Below, in pieces: positions 13,244 through 25,180 of a stretch of DNA of 64,000 nt (positions are counted from its first letter, which is position 1; the number at the start of each line of letters is the position of its first letter). Under the pieces are notes generated by a model. It saw only the letters and a program-made list of their open reading frames with translations, was not told the DNA's origin and made no database searches. Source of the stretch: Felis catus (lineage: Eukaryota). The stretch spans positions 162,504,001 through 162,568,000 of the forward strand of contig NC_058368.1 of assembly GCF_018350175.1 (NCBI RefSeq). Reading direction: 5' to 3'. A program made the position numbers and the translations under genes.

Positions 13244-14180
13244 CAAAATGGATGAAAGACCTCAATGTGAGACAGGAAACTATCAAAACCCTAGAGGAGA
13301 AAGCAGGTAAAAATCTCTCTGACCTCAGCCGCAGCAATTTCTTATTTGACACATCTCCAAAGGCAAGAGAATTAAAAGCAAAAATGAACTATAGGGACCT
13401 CATGAAGATAAAAAGCTTCTGCACAGCAAAGGAAACAATCAACAAAACTAAAAGGCAACCGACAGAATTAGAAAAGATATTTGCAAATAACATATCACAT
13501 AAAGGCTAGTATACAAAATCTATAAAGAATTCACCAAACTCCACACCTGAAAAACAATCCAGTGAAGAAATAGGCATAAGACATGCATAGACATTTTTCT
13601 AAAGAAAACAACCAGATGGCCAACAGGTACATGAAAAGATATTCAACATCACTCCTCATCAGGGAAATACACATCAAAAGCACACTGAGATACCACCTCA
13701 CACCAGTCAGAGTGGCTAAAATGAACCAATCAGAAGACTATAGATGCTGGAGAGGTTGTGGAGAAAAGGGAACCCTCTTGCACTGTTGGTGGGAATGCAA
13801 ACTGGTACAGCTGCTCGGGAAGACAGTGTGGAGGTTCCTCAAAAAATTAAAAATAGACCTACCCTATGACCCAGCAATAGCATTGCTAGTAATTTACCCA
13901 AGGTATACAGGAGTGCTGATGCATAGGGATGCTCATACCCCAATGTTTATAGCAGCACTTTCAACAATAGTCAAATTATGGAAAGAGTGTATCATCAACT
14001 GATGAATGGATAAAGAACATGTGGTTTATATATACAATGGAATACTACTTGACAAAGAGAAAGAATGAAATCTGACCATTTGCAGCAATGTGGATGGAAC
14101 TGGAGAGTATTATGCTAAGTGAAATGAGTTAGTCAGGGAAATACAGATACCATATGTTTTTACTCATAGGTGGGTCCTGA
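10323..14180 (+). pseudogene. L1 ORF2p remnant
   Basis: [34 protein letters not shown] and [18 protein letters not shown]; many frameshifts. Confidence 0.95.
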
Positions 14181-14409
14181 GAAACTTAACAGAAGACCAT
14201 AGGGGTGAGGAAGGGGGAGAAAAGTTACAAACAGAGAGGGAGGGAGGCAAACCATAACAGACTGTTAAACACAGAGAACAAACTGAAGGTGGATGGGGGA
14301 GAGAGGAAAGTGGGTAATGGGCAGTGAGGAGGGCACTTGTTGGGATGAGCAGTCAGTGTTGTATGGAAGTCAATTTGATAATAAATTATATTTTAAAAAT
14401 TGGTCAAGA

Positions 14410-16590
14410 GACGTAAACAGATACCTCTTCAAAGAAGTTGAATAGATGTGAGGTACACATAGGGCAAGATGCTTAACATCATTTGTCATTAGGGAGGTAC
14501 ACACTGAAAACAATCAAAGAGCACTACACAGAGAAAAGAAAATATCCAAAAAATTGACAGTAAAAAAAACTGGGAAGGATATAGAGAGGAATTTTCATTC
14601 ATTACTAGCAGGAATGCATAATGGCACAGTTACTCTGGAAAAGTTTGTTAGCTTCCTGGAAATTTAAACCTATCTTACCAAATAATTCAGCAATCACACT
14701 CCTAGTTATTGACTTGGAAACCCAAGTCCACAAAAAAACATAATGGCTTATTTGTATTGTTAGGATATGAGACAACCATGATGTACATTATTATACAAAT
14801 AGAGAAACAGTGGTACATCCATGCAGTGGAATATTATTCAGTGATATAAAAAATGAGTTATTAAGCCATAAAAGGACATGGAAGAATCATAGACGCACAT
14901 TTTGAAGTGAAAGAAACTAGACTGAAAAAGCTATATGAAATATAGTGTCAATTATATGCCATTCTAGGTCAGAAAGATGTATAGAAATGATCAAATGTTC
15001 AGAGGTTGCCAGGAAGTTGGGGGCAGGAGGGAAGGGATGAATAGCTGATTTTTTTGGAGTGGCAAAATTATATGATACATTATGCATTAATCAAAATCCT
15101 TTGAACTTTGTGACATAAAAACCAAATCTTAATATATGCAAATTTAAAAAGGAGGTTCTGAAAATGGAAAAGAGACTATGACAAAAGAATTAAAAAACAT
15201 TACTGAAGTTGGTTTGAGGGTAAAGGTGCTGACCTTACTAACTGTAGATAGGAGTTGCTTCTGTAAGACTAAGGACAAAATTAACCAAAGAAGACTGTAC
15301 TCAGATTCTTAAAGTTGTGTCCCATGTGAGCACGAGGTAAAAATTATGATACTGCTATGAATGCATATTAGAACTGAACAATTAAATGCATTATAGATGT
15401 AAAAGCCACATTTCTTAGTGTTGGAGTGGAAATTTACAGATAAGCAAGAGTAGTACAGAATGATTGATGTGGTATTAAACTTGAGTTGAAGATATCACTA
15501 TGATGGATAGTCACCTCTTTATAGATCTGTGCATGTACATAGGCTACTAAACAGACATAACATTTCCTTGCTCTTTCAGCTGAGCAATCTGGAATCAATG
15601 ATAACCCAATACCAATGAGGATATCCAGCATTGAGACTTTCATTTCCAATACACTTCTCTAATAAAGGAACCAGAGCTTTTTGGGAAAATGACTGATTGT
15701 AGACTTCACTAGGAGATTTATAAGACAAGCCTGTGGCATCGTGTTATGCCAGAAAACAGAAATATACCAACAAAAGAAAAATACATAGCAATACATACAT
15801 TTAATATGCATAGGTTAATGGAACACAGGAAGCAACTCAAAGAGATCCCAATGGCCAAAGCTGAAACAATTTGAGGGGGAAGAAAGGCAATATTAGAATT
15901 GAATTCATACTAGAATAAATCAATTATGAAATAATGAAAGTGGAAGAAAAGATGAATATTCTATGCAAAATAATTTCAAGTAATTTATAGAGGTACTCTG
16001 CCTTGAGGAGGGGAGGAGAACTCCCCATTCCCTAAGACTGGGCTGTGTATAGTGACTTTTCTTCCAAAGAGTACAGTATGGAGTGAGGAAAGGGTCAGAT
16101 GGGAATAACATTACAGTGGAGAAACCTGAAAATACTACCTTTAGCCGGATCATTAAGATCAACAACAACAATGACAAATCACGTTCATAATGCATACTTT
16201 TGGTATAATATGATGAAAATGTCAATTTACTTCTGTGATATTCCTCCCTACAACCCAATCTCTGTCTACTCATGAGGGAAACATTAGAAAAGTCCAGTAG
16301 ATCAGCATCCTTCAAAATACCTGACTCATGCTCCTCACAACTGCCAAAGCCATCACACACACACATACACACACAAATCTGATAAAGTGTCACAGCCAAG
16401 AGAAGCTTAAGGAGATACAAGGACTAAATGTAATTTAAGCTGAATGGCATCCTACACACTAGGTAAAAAATAAAGGCATATGAATAAAATGTCAACTTTA
16501 ATAATTATACTTATTATAACAACTGTGGCATACTAATTGGGGAAACTGGGTGAGAAGTCATACTATCTTGCAGCTTTTAAAAGATTTTTT
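14410..16590 (+). mobile_element. Old L1 (L1MC/L1MD-type) ORF2 end and long 3'UTR
   Basis: Degenerate ORF2 C-terminal text, then a long 3'UTR (AATAAAGGAACCAGAGCTTTTTGGGAAAATGACTGA...) that parallels 43510-45940. Boundaries approximate. Confidence 0.7.
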
Positions 16591-17171
16591 GAAACAGTTG
16601 TAGGTTTTTATAAAAATGTGGCAAAAATATAGATTTAGAAGGGGAAAACTGATGAAAATATTAACTGATAAAAATATATTGAAGAATTTTTAGTCCTAAA
16701 ACTAAGGATATTGAGCTGCAAAGAATATCAGCCACATAACATAGTCAAATGTAAAGAATGTAAAATATATTTTATGTTTCACAGAATGTTTCATAATAAT
16801 GTCTCGTACATTCAGTACAATGATATTCTGTTAAGTCTTTTTCAAAAATAGCACAAATACACAGGACAGACTGTTATTGCAATAGAAAATGTTATTTCTA
16901 GTAAGTGAAGAAATTTTTATTGCTCCAAATAATTTCATGGCCATTAGAAGAAAGAGCTTATTAAAATAATACATTCAAAATTAAAAATTATTTAGGATTT
17001 TATTAAATAATCTAGAATGAAATTTAGTATTAAATAATTTAGATTTACCTTTCTTCTGTATATTCAGCAAGTGAGATAATTTTAGACTTTGTATATGATT
17101 TATAGTTTATTAAAATTACACATGTCTGTAATATGTAGGCTAATTTTCCTTGCTTAGAAAGTTCTGAGAAA

Positions 17172-17648
17172 TGTGAGAAAAGGTAGGAGAGAGAAGAGCT
17201 CCTCACATTCAGAAGCTGGGCTGACACATCCAGGCCATTTATTCCCCCATTTGATAAATAATCTCACAATATACCAACCTAACACCAGGTCACTCTGAGA
17301 CACATATGAGTAAAAGAAAAAAAGTCACTTCATAATTTTGTTTAAGTACAAAGAAAACATGGTCACCATAACATCCACAAGAAAATGAACACTGTTTTTT
17401 ACTAAATGAGTATCTCCTACTCCTTTACCCAATCATAAAATTGCCCCTGCTTTCTGACAGTGTCCATTACAGAGAGCCCACTCTTCTTAGACCAAAACTA
17501 AATCCTAAAACAGATTCTTTCTAATACCTCTTAATGAGATATTCAACATTCCCCAATGGTGTGTGCCCTCCCTCATCGATGTGAGTGAGTACCCGACTTG
17601 CTCGCTTCTAATGTCTCCCTGGAGGTCTTTGGCTAAAAGTCATTGACA
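17172..17648 (+). mobile_element. Ancient solo LTR (MER89/MER92-like, tentative)
   Basis: TG...CA termini; 3' end GGTCTTTGGCTAAAAGTCATTGACA resembles my recall of that family; TSD not clear. Confidence 0.5.
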
Positions 17649-17795
17649 AAAATCAAGAAATTGGCACGACAAAAATAAAGAACCTTTACATTTGGGAAGA
17701 TAGAATTAGTAAATTCTGCAAATTTCCGAATGTGGGGGGAAAAATTACTTTGGCTTTCATACTAGTTCTTGCAGAACACTAAAATAACTTCTTAG

Positions 17796-18020
17796 GGGGT
17801 GCCTGGGTGGCTCAGTCGGTTGAGCATCCGACTTTGGCTCAGGTCATGATCTCACAGTCTGTGAGTTCGAGCCCCGCATCGGGCTCTGTGCTGATGGCTC
17901 AGAACCTGGAGCCTGCTTCTGATTCTGTGTCTCCCTCTCTCTCTGCCCCTTCCCTGCTCATGCTCTCTCTCTGTCTCAAAAATAAATAAAAACATTAAGA
18001 AAAAAAATCTTTAAAATAAA
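17796..18020 (+). mobile_element. CanSINE
   Basis: Full head, CT tract and tail; TSD TAAAATAACTTCTTAG at 17780-17795 and 18021-18036. Confidence 0.97.
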
Positions 18021-18789
18021 TAAAATAACTTCTTAGGGCTCAACTTCTGCTCAATCTTTATTATAATAAATATATTTTCAGTTGCTGAAGGGAAGATTGC
18101 CATTTCTCTCATCCACTTGGCCAGGATCTCCCCAACTACTGTTTACTCCTCTGTTTGACTTCCTGTTTATAAAATGTGAGCAGTACTAGTACAGAACAAG
18201 CTATTACAGAGGCTGACATAGTTCTTTATAAAACTGAAGAGTCAAATATTGCTGAACTATAAAAAGGGATCAGATCTACAGTAAGAGGCTGCCAGAATAT
18301 AAGATTAAACCCATATGTGCTTTAAAGCTCACTGTCATTATTAGAGTATAATGTAAAAGTATTCCTCAAAGTTCATATTCGTATCTTGGAAGTAATAAAT
18401 TCAGGGATATAGTTTCTTCTAATGATTCTAGAGGTTCTCTAGCACATTCAATTCTGTATCTAACTCCGATGCTAATACTTGGTGTAATATTGGGCAGTTA
18501 TTATATACATGGTTAGTTACTCAGTTTCTTTCTTCTATAATAAGCATCCACTGCTTTAGGCATCAAAATAGACTGAACACGTTCTTAGAAGGAATAACTA
18601 AATAACTGAGTATCTATTAATAAATGTTTTCATCTACTTCTCTATTTATGTATTCATTAATCTGATTGACCAACTGCCTGTTATTTATCTCTTAAAATTT
18701 AAGTCCTTGCTTTGGCCATTTATCACCTGTGTCGCATGATTTGGAGCAAGTTACCTCTCTAACTTCTCTCACACAGCTCTCCCACTCAT

Positions 18790-19003
18790 TGGGTCTGTCT
18801 GTGCTGGCAAAGTCTTATCTCAGGGGCTTTGCATTTGTTCCTATGTTGGGAAAGCTCTTCCCAAGATAATTATTTGGCTTCCATTCTGATTTTCTTCAGG
18901 TCTTTAGTCCTATTTGACTTTCTTCATGAGAACTTTCTTGAACCCTTCCTAAAATTTTTCCCTCTCTCCATTATATTTACGATTCTAACTCCCTTTACTG
19001 TTT

Positions 19004-19051
<48 letters not shown>

Positions 19052-19230
19052 GCAAAATATATATATGTTTATTTTATATATTTTGTTTTCCTCACTTAGA
19101 ATTCTCTACTAAGTAGAATTTTCTACTTAGTAGAATTCTCTACTAAGACAAAGATTTTTGTTTGTTGATTCAGTGCTACATTCCCAGTATCTAGAATGGA
19201 ACTTGTCCATTGAAACCCTCATGAAAAATT
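18790..19230 (+). mobile_element. L2 3'-end fragment containing a (CA)n run at 19007-19048
   Basis: CTCAGGGGCTTTGCATTTGTTCC...TTCAGTGCTACATTCCCAGTATCTAGAATGG resembles the L2 3' consensus. Confidence 0.55.
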
Positions 19231-20276
19231 TTTCAGATTCACGGAATTTGGGGGGAGGATAAAAAATACATTGCTTACCACTGAACTTTGTACAGACCAT
19301 ACACTACATACATGGCATACTTAGTCTTGTAATATTTTATATAACACCACGCATAGATCTCTTGCAACCACCATAAAACTCAAGGACTCATGACTCTCTA
19401 TAAAGATACTAAGTGTTATTAGAGAAATTAGTAAGTCCTAGTCATAAACAATACTTAAATATACACAAAAATCTATATATACTCTATAATGCATGATTAG
19501 ATTTTTACAATATATTTTGAGTAACTTTACTGTGATTATGAGGTTATAATTTAATTCATGAAAATTAAATGGCATTTGCATAACTATAACTCAATCATAA
19601 TATTCTCCATCAAGTCAATCATTATAGGTGAGTGTAATTTTAATGAATGCAGTTAATTAATTTTAATTTTCAAATGAATGCATTTAAATAATAATTTAGA
19701 ATTTTCACCTAATAAAGTAAAGCAGCACATCATTCTCTAACATTTTTAAATGAAGTATGGCTTCTTATAGGATTAACTCAGTCACTTTTTCTTAGTATTG
19801 GAATGTTAAATAAGATGCATATGATTATCAAATGGGACAAAAATAACAGCAGTGAAATCAATGTTAGTTATATGAATGAATAAACTTCTTAAAATAATAA
19901 AATTGTAGCTTCCAGTTAGAAAGTATCTCATTTTTAAAAAGCATCACACGCTGAAATATAAAATCATGAGTTATAGTACAACTTTCATTTTATGGAAAAT
20001 GGGTATAGTATGTACACAGAAACAGTGCATAGTGGTTTCCAATCTATGGTTTATGTCAGAGAAAGTATTAAAAAAACTATATAATTGTGGTGAAATAAAA
20101 AAGTTTTAATAAGACATTTAAAGTGTAAATAGCCTTTTCTTTATAATTTTCCAAAAATGTGGATTCATAAGTTAGAATGCGCCTCATTTAACCCTGCAAG
20201 TATGACATTGGATAAATCACCTCACCTCTCCAAACTTTATTTTATACCTGTATAATAGCAGTATTATAACCCATTT

Positions 20277-20358
<82 letters not shown>
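20277..20358. repeat. (TG)n(TA)n microsatellite
   Basis: Visible run. Confidence 0.95.
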
Positions 20359-20361
<3 letters not shown>

Positions 20362-20595
20362 GCTACATAACTATTTTTGAATAAGTATTTAATAAATATT
20401 AGAAACAGAAGTAGTTGTAGTTAGTGGTTATATTTGCAATAAAGGAAAGATGATGCTTACTATGTAATCCTTGATACATCTTTCCCTCACATTTATGAGT
20501 CTTACATCAAGGGAATGGGAGAACCTGCATGCAGGCTGGATAGAGAATCTTCTAGCATACCCAGGAAGCAGCACTGCACTAGCTGTGTGGCTTAC

Positions 20596-20677
20596 CGTCC
20601 ACAAGACTGGAAAAAAATCTATTCCACTTGTCTCAAATTAGAATATGGAATTCAGAGCAATCTAATGAACATGTAAT
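20596..20677 (-). other. Candidate minus-strand exon (82 nt; stops in all three frames)
   Basis: Minus strand reads CTCATTTCCTTTTCCTTGTGCATAG|ATTAC...GGACG|GTAAGC. Splice motifs only. Confidence 0.25.
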
Positions 20678-21540
20678 CTATGCACAAGGAAAAGGAAATG
20701 AGTATGGCACCCACCATGTTATCACTCTGCACACAATGTTACCTGATGTCTATAAATCATCTAAATTGTGTAATCTATAAATTCTAAATCTTCTAATTTA
20801 TAAATCTTGTAAAATTAATTTTGTTGTTACTATACCACTGACCAACCTATTATACAATTAAAAGTTAGTTTACAGAAGGAAGTGTAGCAATTTGCTGTAC
20901 TACTTAGAAAATAAAGTTGTTTAAAATCAGACATTATGCCATTCTGTATTCTGGCTAAGGAAAATTTCTGCTATGGGTATTCACATAAGCTAGTTTCCAA
21001 ATTAAATAGGACTGAAAACAAACTCATACTGACAGTTACTATCTCTTTTGCAAGGAAATGTAGATTATGATTTTATTTTACTGTTCTCTCTTAAAACATA
21101 TTCCAAACATAACTATTTCAACCCTCAGTAGCATTAAATGTAGGAATATAAACATTTTAAAAGTAGTTTCAAATCAATTTATCAATTCCAGGTGTGCCAA
21201 TAACTTCCTTAGAGATATAGGAGATATTTAATTAACAGCTATATTTTATAAAACAACACATTGAGAATGTAAATGAGAAAAGGAAAACAATCAGAAAGCT
21301 GGATTATAGCAAGTAATGGACCACAGTGTCTCTTTTGGTATCACTAGAGATCACTTCCAAATAGTCAGTATCTCTTTGTGGATATCTGGCAGTTCTCTGC
21401 TATACTGAAAGTTCTCATTTTCAGTTACTATTCTCATCCAGGGTGTGATAGTAAAAGTTGACAAAGTTATTAAAAGTCTGACTTAAAATGGACGACAACA
21501 TTGAATTCCAACTTTTACTTCTGCTAAAATGTCTCCAAAT

Positions 21541-21740
21541 CAGGAACCTAGATAGCTCAGTCAGTTATACATCAGGGTCTCGATTTCAGCTGACTTCATG
21601 ATCTCACCATTCACAGGTTTGAGCCCCACGTCAGGCTCTTCAATGAGGGCACAGAGCCTGCTTGAGATTCTCTGTCTCCCTCTCTCTCTGCTCCTCGCCT
21701 TCTCGCACTCTCTCTCAAAAGTAAACATTAAAAAAATAAT
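21541..21740 (+). mobile_element. Older CanSINE
   Basis: GCTCAGTCAGTTA head, CT tract, A tail; degenerate TSD AAAATGTCTCCAA / AGAATGTGTCCAA. Confidence 0.9.
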
Positions 21741-22323
21741 AGAATGTGTCCAAATCATCCATTTTTAATCCAATTTGTAGCATTGTTTTATATTTTAAAC
21801 TGTTCATAATCTGCACTGAGCTCAACAACGTCTTTGGGCAAAATAGATGATAGAGCCCTCACATCAGTTTTGCAGTTTTAGTTTTAAATTGGGTTGAGAA
21901 ATTAATATGACACTTATTCTGAGGAACCTCTAAAGGTATATGCTGGAGTTTTATTGAATGATATAAATCTTTTCTCCTCATATTTTTGATTCTATGATTA
22001 TAAAAACACATTTTAGCTTCATCAATTTAAAGACATTGCTTTATGAAAATTTTTAAATAGGCTGTACTATCTTAATTTTCCTCTCAATAGGTTTATTTTG
22101 ACTTTAATTAATGTTTCCTTCTTAAATAAAATACCATTTGATACATTCATTTTCAAAATAATACACAGTAATGATATTTCCTATTTTATTTTAATTAAAC
22201 AACTTGAAACTTACTCCTATAGCTGTATTTATCTCTAATCCATTCCTTCTAAATAATGTGTAATTCTCCATCTTTTGCATTTACCCCATGTCATCTACCT
22301 ACTCCCCAAATGACAGACATCTT

Positions 22324-22542
22324 GGGGTGTCTGGTGGCTCAGTTAAGCATATAACTCTTGGTTTCAGCTCACGTCATGGTCTCACAATTGTGAGATTGAG
22401 CCCCACATCAGGCTCCATGCTGAGCATGGAACCTGGTTGGGATTCTTTCCCTCTCTTTCTCTGTCTCTGTCTCTCTCTGTCTCTGTCTCTCTCTGTCTCT
22501 CTTTCAGAAGTAAATAAAACATAATATAAAATTAAAAAAAAA
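22324..22542 (+). mobile_element. CanSINE
   Basis: GGGGTGTCTGGTGGCTCAGTTAAGC head; degenerate TSD CAAATGACAGACATCT / CAAATGATATACACCT. Confidence 0.92.
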
Positions 22543-22602
22543 CAAATGATATACACCTAATTTGACTCCAATTTGCCTCCTGAAATTAGGGTACAAATAG
22601 AA

Positions 22603-22760
22603 CAGGGTTACCCACAAGGCAACGGGTACAAAATTTAAGGATGCTCTCACTCTCAGAGCAAGTACACTACCCTGTGCTCATGTCTTACATGACCTTGAGA
22701 GTCAGTGCCTCAAGTTTTGCACCCAAGCTGCCCCCTTACTTCATTTTAGTCCTCAACCAA
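22603..22760. mobile_element. MER53-like palindromic hAT MITE
   Basis: CAAAATTTAAGGATGCTCTCACTCTCAG pairs imperfectly with TTGAGAGTCAGTGCCTCAAGTTTTG; matches my recall of MER53. Confidence 0.6.
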
Positions 22761-23242
22761 GTCTTCCTAAAAGAACACACAGTATTTCTCCTTCTGACTT
22801 TATGGGAGGATGTTTTGGGATTTTATACCCATACAAGAACTGCTGTATCATGGTTTATATGTATACATCAACTGACTCAATGATACTACATTACTGTCCA
22901 TATGTCTACAACAACCTACACTCCATGATGTACATGAAGTTTTGTATCATATTGTTGCATTAGCATTATTTATCACCCTAATACCAACCACTCTAATGGT
23001 TCTAAAGTGATATTTTATGATTACTAATAATTCTATGACTTCCCCTTATTTGTGCTTGGTAGTTCTTTTTACTTTAATCTTTTGAAAATGCCTTCTCATA
23101 TCTTTCACACATATTTGAACTGGAATTGCTCTTTTCATAAGAATTTCTCATATTCCAGGCATTGATTTGTAGTTGATCTTAGATATACAAGTATCTTCCT
23201 CCAATCTATTATTCATTAACTTTGAACATAGTGCACTTTATT

Positions 23243-24041
23243 GGGACTTCGTCAAGATAAAAAGTTTCTGTACAGTGAAGGAAACAACAAAACTAAAAGG
23301 CAGGCTACAGAATGGGAGAAGATATTTGCAAATGATATATCTGATAAAGGGCTAGTATGCAAAATCTATAAAGAACTTATCAAACTCAATACCCCCAAAA
23401 TAATCCAGTTAAGAATGGGCAGAAGATGAGTCACCTGGGTGGCTCGGTAGGTTAAGCGTCTGACTTTGGCTCATGATCTCACTGCTTATGAGTTTGAGCC
23501 CCACATCAAGCTCTGTGCTGACAGCTCAGAGCCTGGAGCCTGCTTCAGATTCTGTCTCCATGTTTCTGCCCTCCCCTGCTCACGTTCTCTCTCTCTCTGT
23601 CTCTCTGTCTCTAATATAAAATAAAACATTAAAAAAATGAAAAATTAAAAAAAAAGAAATGGGCAGAAGACATGAACAGACATTCCAAAGAAGTATCCAG
23701 ATGGCTAACAGACACATGAAAAGATGCTCAACATCACTTATCATCAGGGAAATACACATCAAAACCACAATGAGAAACCACCTCAAACTTGTCAGAATGA
23801 CTAAAATTAACAGTATACGAAATAACAGATATTGACAAGGATGTGGAGAAAGGGGAACCTTCCTACACTGTTGGTAAGAATGCAAAGTGGATACAAAACC
23901 CAAAGATACAAAATACAGATTTGAAGGGGCACATGCACCCTGATGTTTTTAGCAGCATTATCAACAATAGCCAAACTATGGAAGCAGCCCAAATATCCAT
24001 TAGCTGATGAGTGGATAAAGAAGATGTGGTATATATACACA
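23243..24041 (+). mobile_element. Carnivore L1 ORF2 3' internal fragment, with no 3'UTR or A-tail
   Basis: WDFVKIKSFCTVKET and [19 protein letters not shown]; internal deletion near 23890. Confidence 0.88.
23428..23653 (+). mobile_element. CanSINE nested in L1 fragment
   Basis: TSD AAGAATGGGCAGAAGA / AAGAAATGGGCAGAAGA. Confidence 0.93.
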
Positions 24042-24457
24042 CTACGGGGCTACTTTATTATTTGGGTCATTTATATACTCAGTAATTTCAGCTCCCCCAG
24101 TTAGTAGTTTTGAAAACATACACTTGTGCTGTAGAAGTCTATTGAGGAAGGTAATAGAATTACACAATTTTTAATCTTTCCTCTTTTTTTCTTCATTTCT
24201 TCTTTTTTCCACTTCTCTCCCTATTCTTCTAAAACTAGTTTTTTTAACTCTTCAGGTTGTAGTTCAGAAAATTATGCAATAATTACTGCTCCTTATGTGA
24301 CATTGCATAAATAAAAAGACACAGTATACTTAAATGAAAATGATTCCATTGCTCCCATTCTAAAATATACCACATAGTAAACCAAAAGATTTAACTGCAT
24401 ATTCCATCATATTTGGCTATTATGTCTTCATTCCATTTTCACAGATCATTATCAATT

Positions 24458-24730
24458 TCCTTAAATGTGTTTTTTGTTGTTGTTGTTATTGTTTTTTTTG
24501 TTTTGTTTTGTTTTTTTGTTTTGTTTTGTTTTGTTTTTTGAGAGAGGGAGAGAGAGAGAGCATGCATGATCAGGGGAGGGGCAGAGAGAAAGGGAGACAG
24601 AGAATCCTGAGCAGGTTCTGTGCTGTCAGCACAGAGCCCAATGAGGGCTTGACCTCAAGAATTGTGAGATTGTGACCTGAGCTGAAATCAAGAGTTGGAT
24701 GCTTAACTGACTGAGCCACCCTGGTGCCCC
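24458..24730 (-). mobile_element. CanSINE with (GTTTT)n tail
   Basis: Reverse head ...GAGCCACCCTGGTGCCCC; TSD TCATTATCAATT at 24446-24457 and 24731-24742. Confidence 0.95.
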
Positions 24731-24843
24731 TCATTATCAATTAAAGAAGCATAACTATTCATCTCCCACTAGGTTCACATAATACTATAATAATAATGAT
24801 AATTATCATTTAATTGACAGTTGTGCCACAATACTGTATTAAA

Positions 24844-25180
24844 TGTAATTGTCAGAATCAGGTAGGTTTTGCTATAGTAACAAGTCCTCAAATATCAGGG
24901 ACTTAGTACTATAAAAATTTCTCATTTATGAAAAATTCAATGCAGCTAGTCAGGGATTTCCCTCAATTTCTTGATGTCTGCTCCCCAGGGTTTCTAGAAT
25001 TGCCTAGGCAGGGCCAGAGAGAGAAGAAAGAAAGGAAGAAACACACTAACTCTTAATACTTGAAACTAGATGTGTGATACATCCCTTCCTCTCACATTCC
25101 CATTTGCCAGAGCTCAGCCCCACGATCCCACAATAATGCCAAATTAGGCTTATGAATGTTGCCATCCTGTCATCTTCTGA
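24844..25180 (-). mobile_element. Ancient MaLR LTR fragment (MLT1J/K/L-like)
   Basis: TAGGTTTTGCTATAGTAACAA and CTTCCTCTCACATTCCCATTTGCCAGAGCTCAG motifs. Confidence 0.5.

Larger units (their letters stand above)
7750..14391 (+). mobile_element. Full-length carnivore/felid LINE-1, inactivated, with a 5'UTR unlike that of the 241-6121 copy
   Basis: 18-bp TSD TTTAAAAATTGGTCAAGA at 7732-7749 and 14392-14409. Start region GGGGCCAACATGGC (YY1-like). ORF1 about 9368-10254; ORF2 about 10323-14180 with QGCPLSP and FADDMIL. Confidence 0.95.

Noticed and set aside
17049..17125. Minus-strand exon (AG|GTAAAT donor; TCVILINYKSYTKSKIISLAEYTEE)
   Set aside because: Weak acceptor with little polypyrimidine tract; peptide not recognisable.
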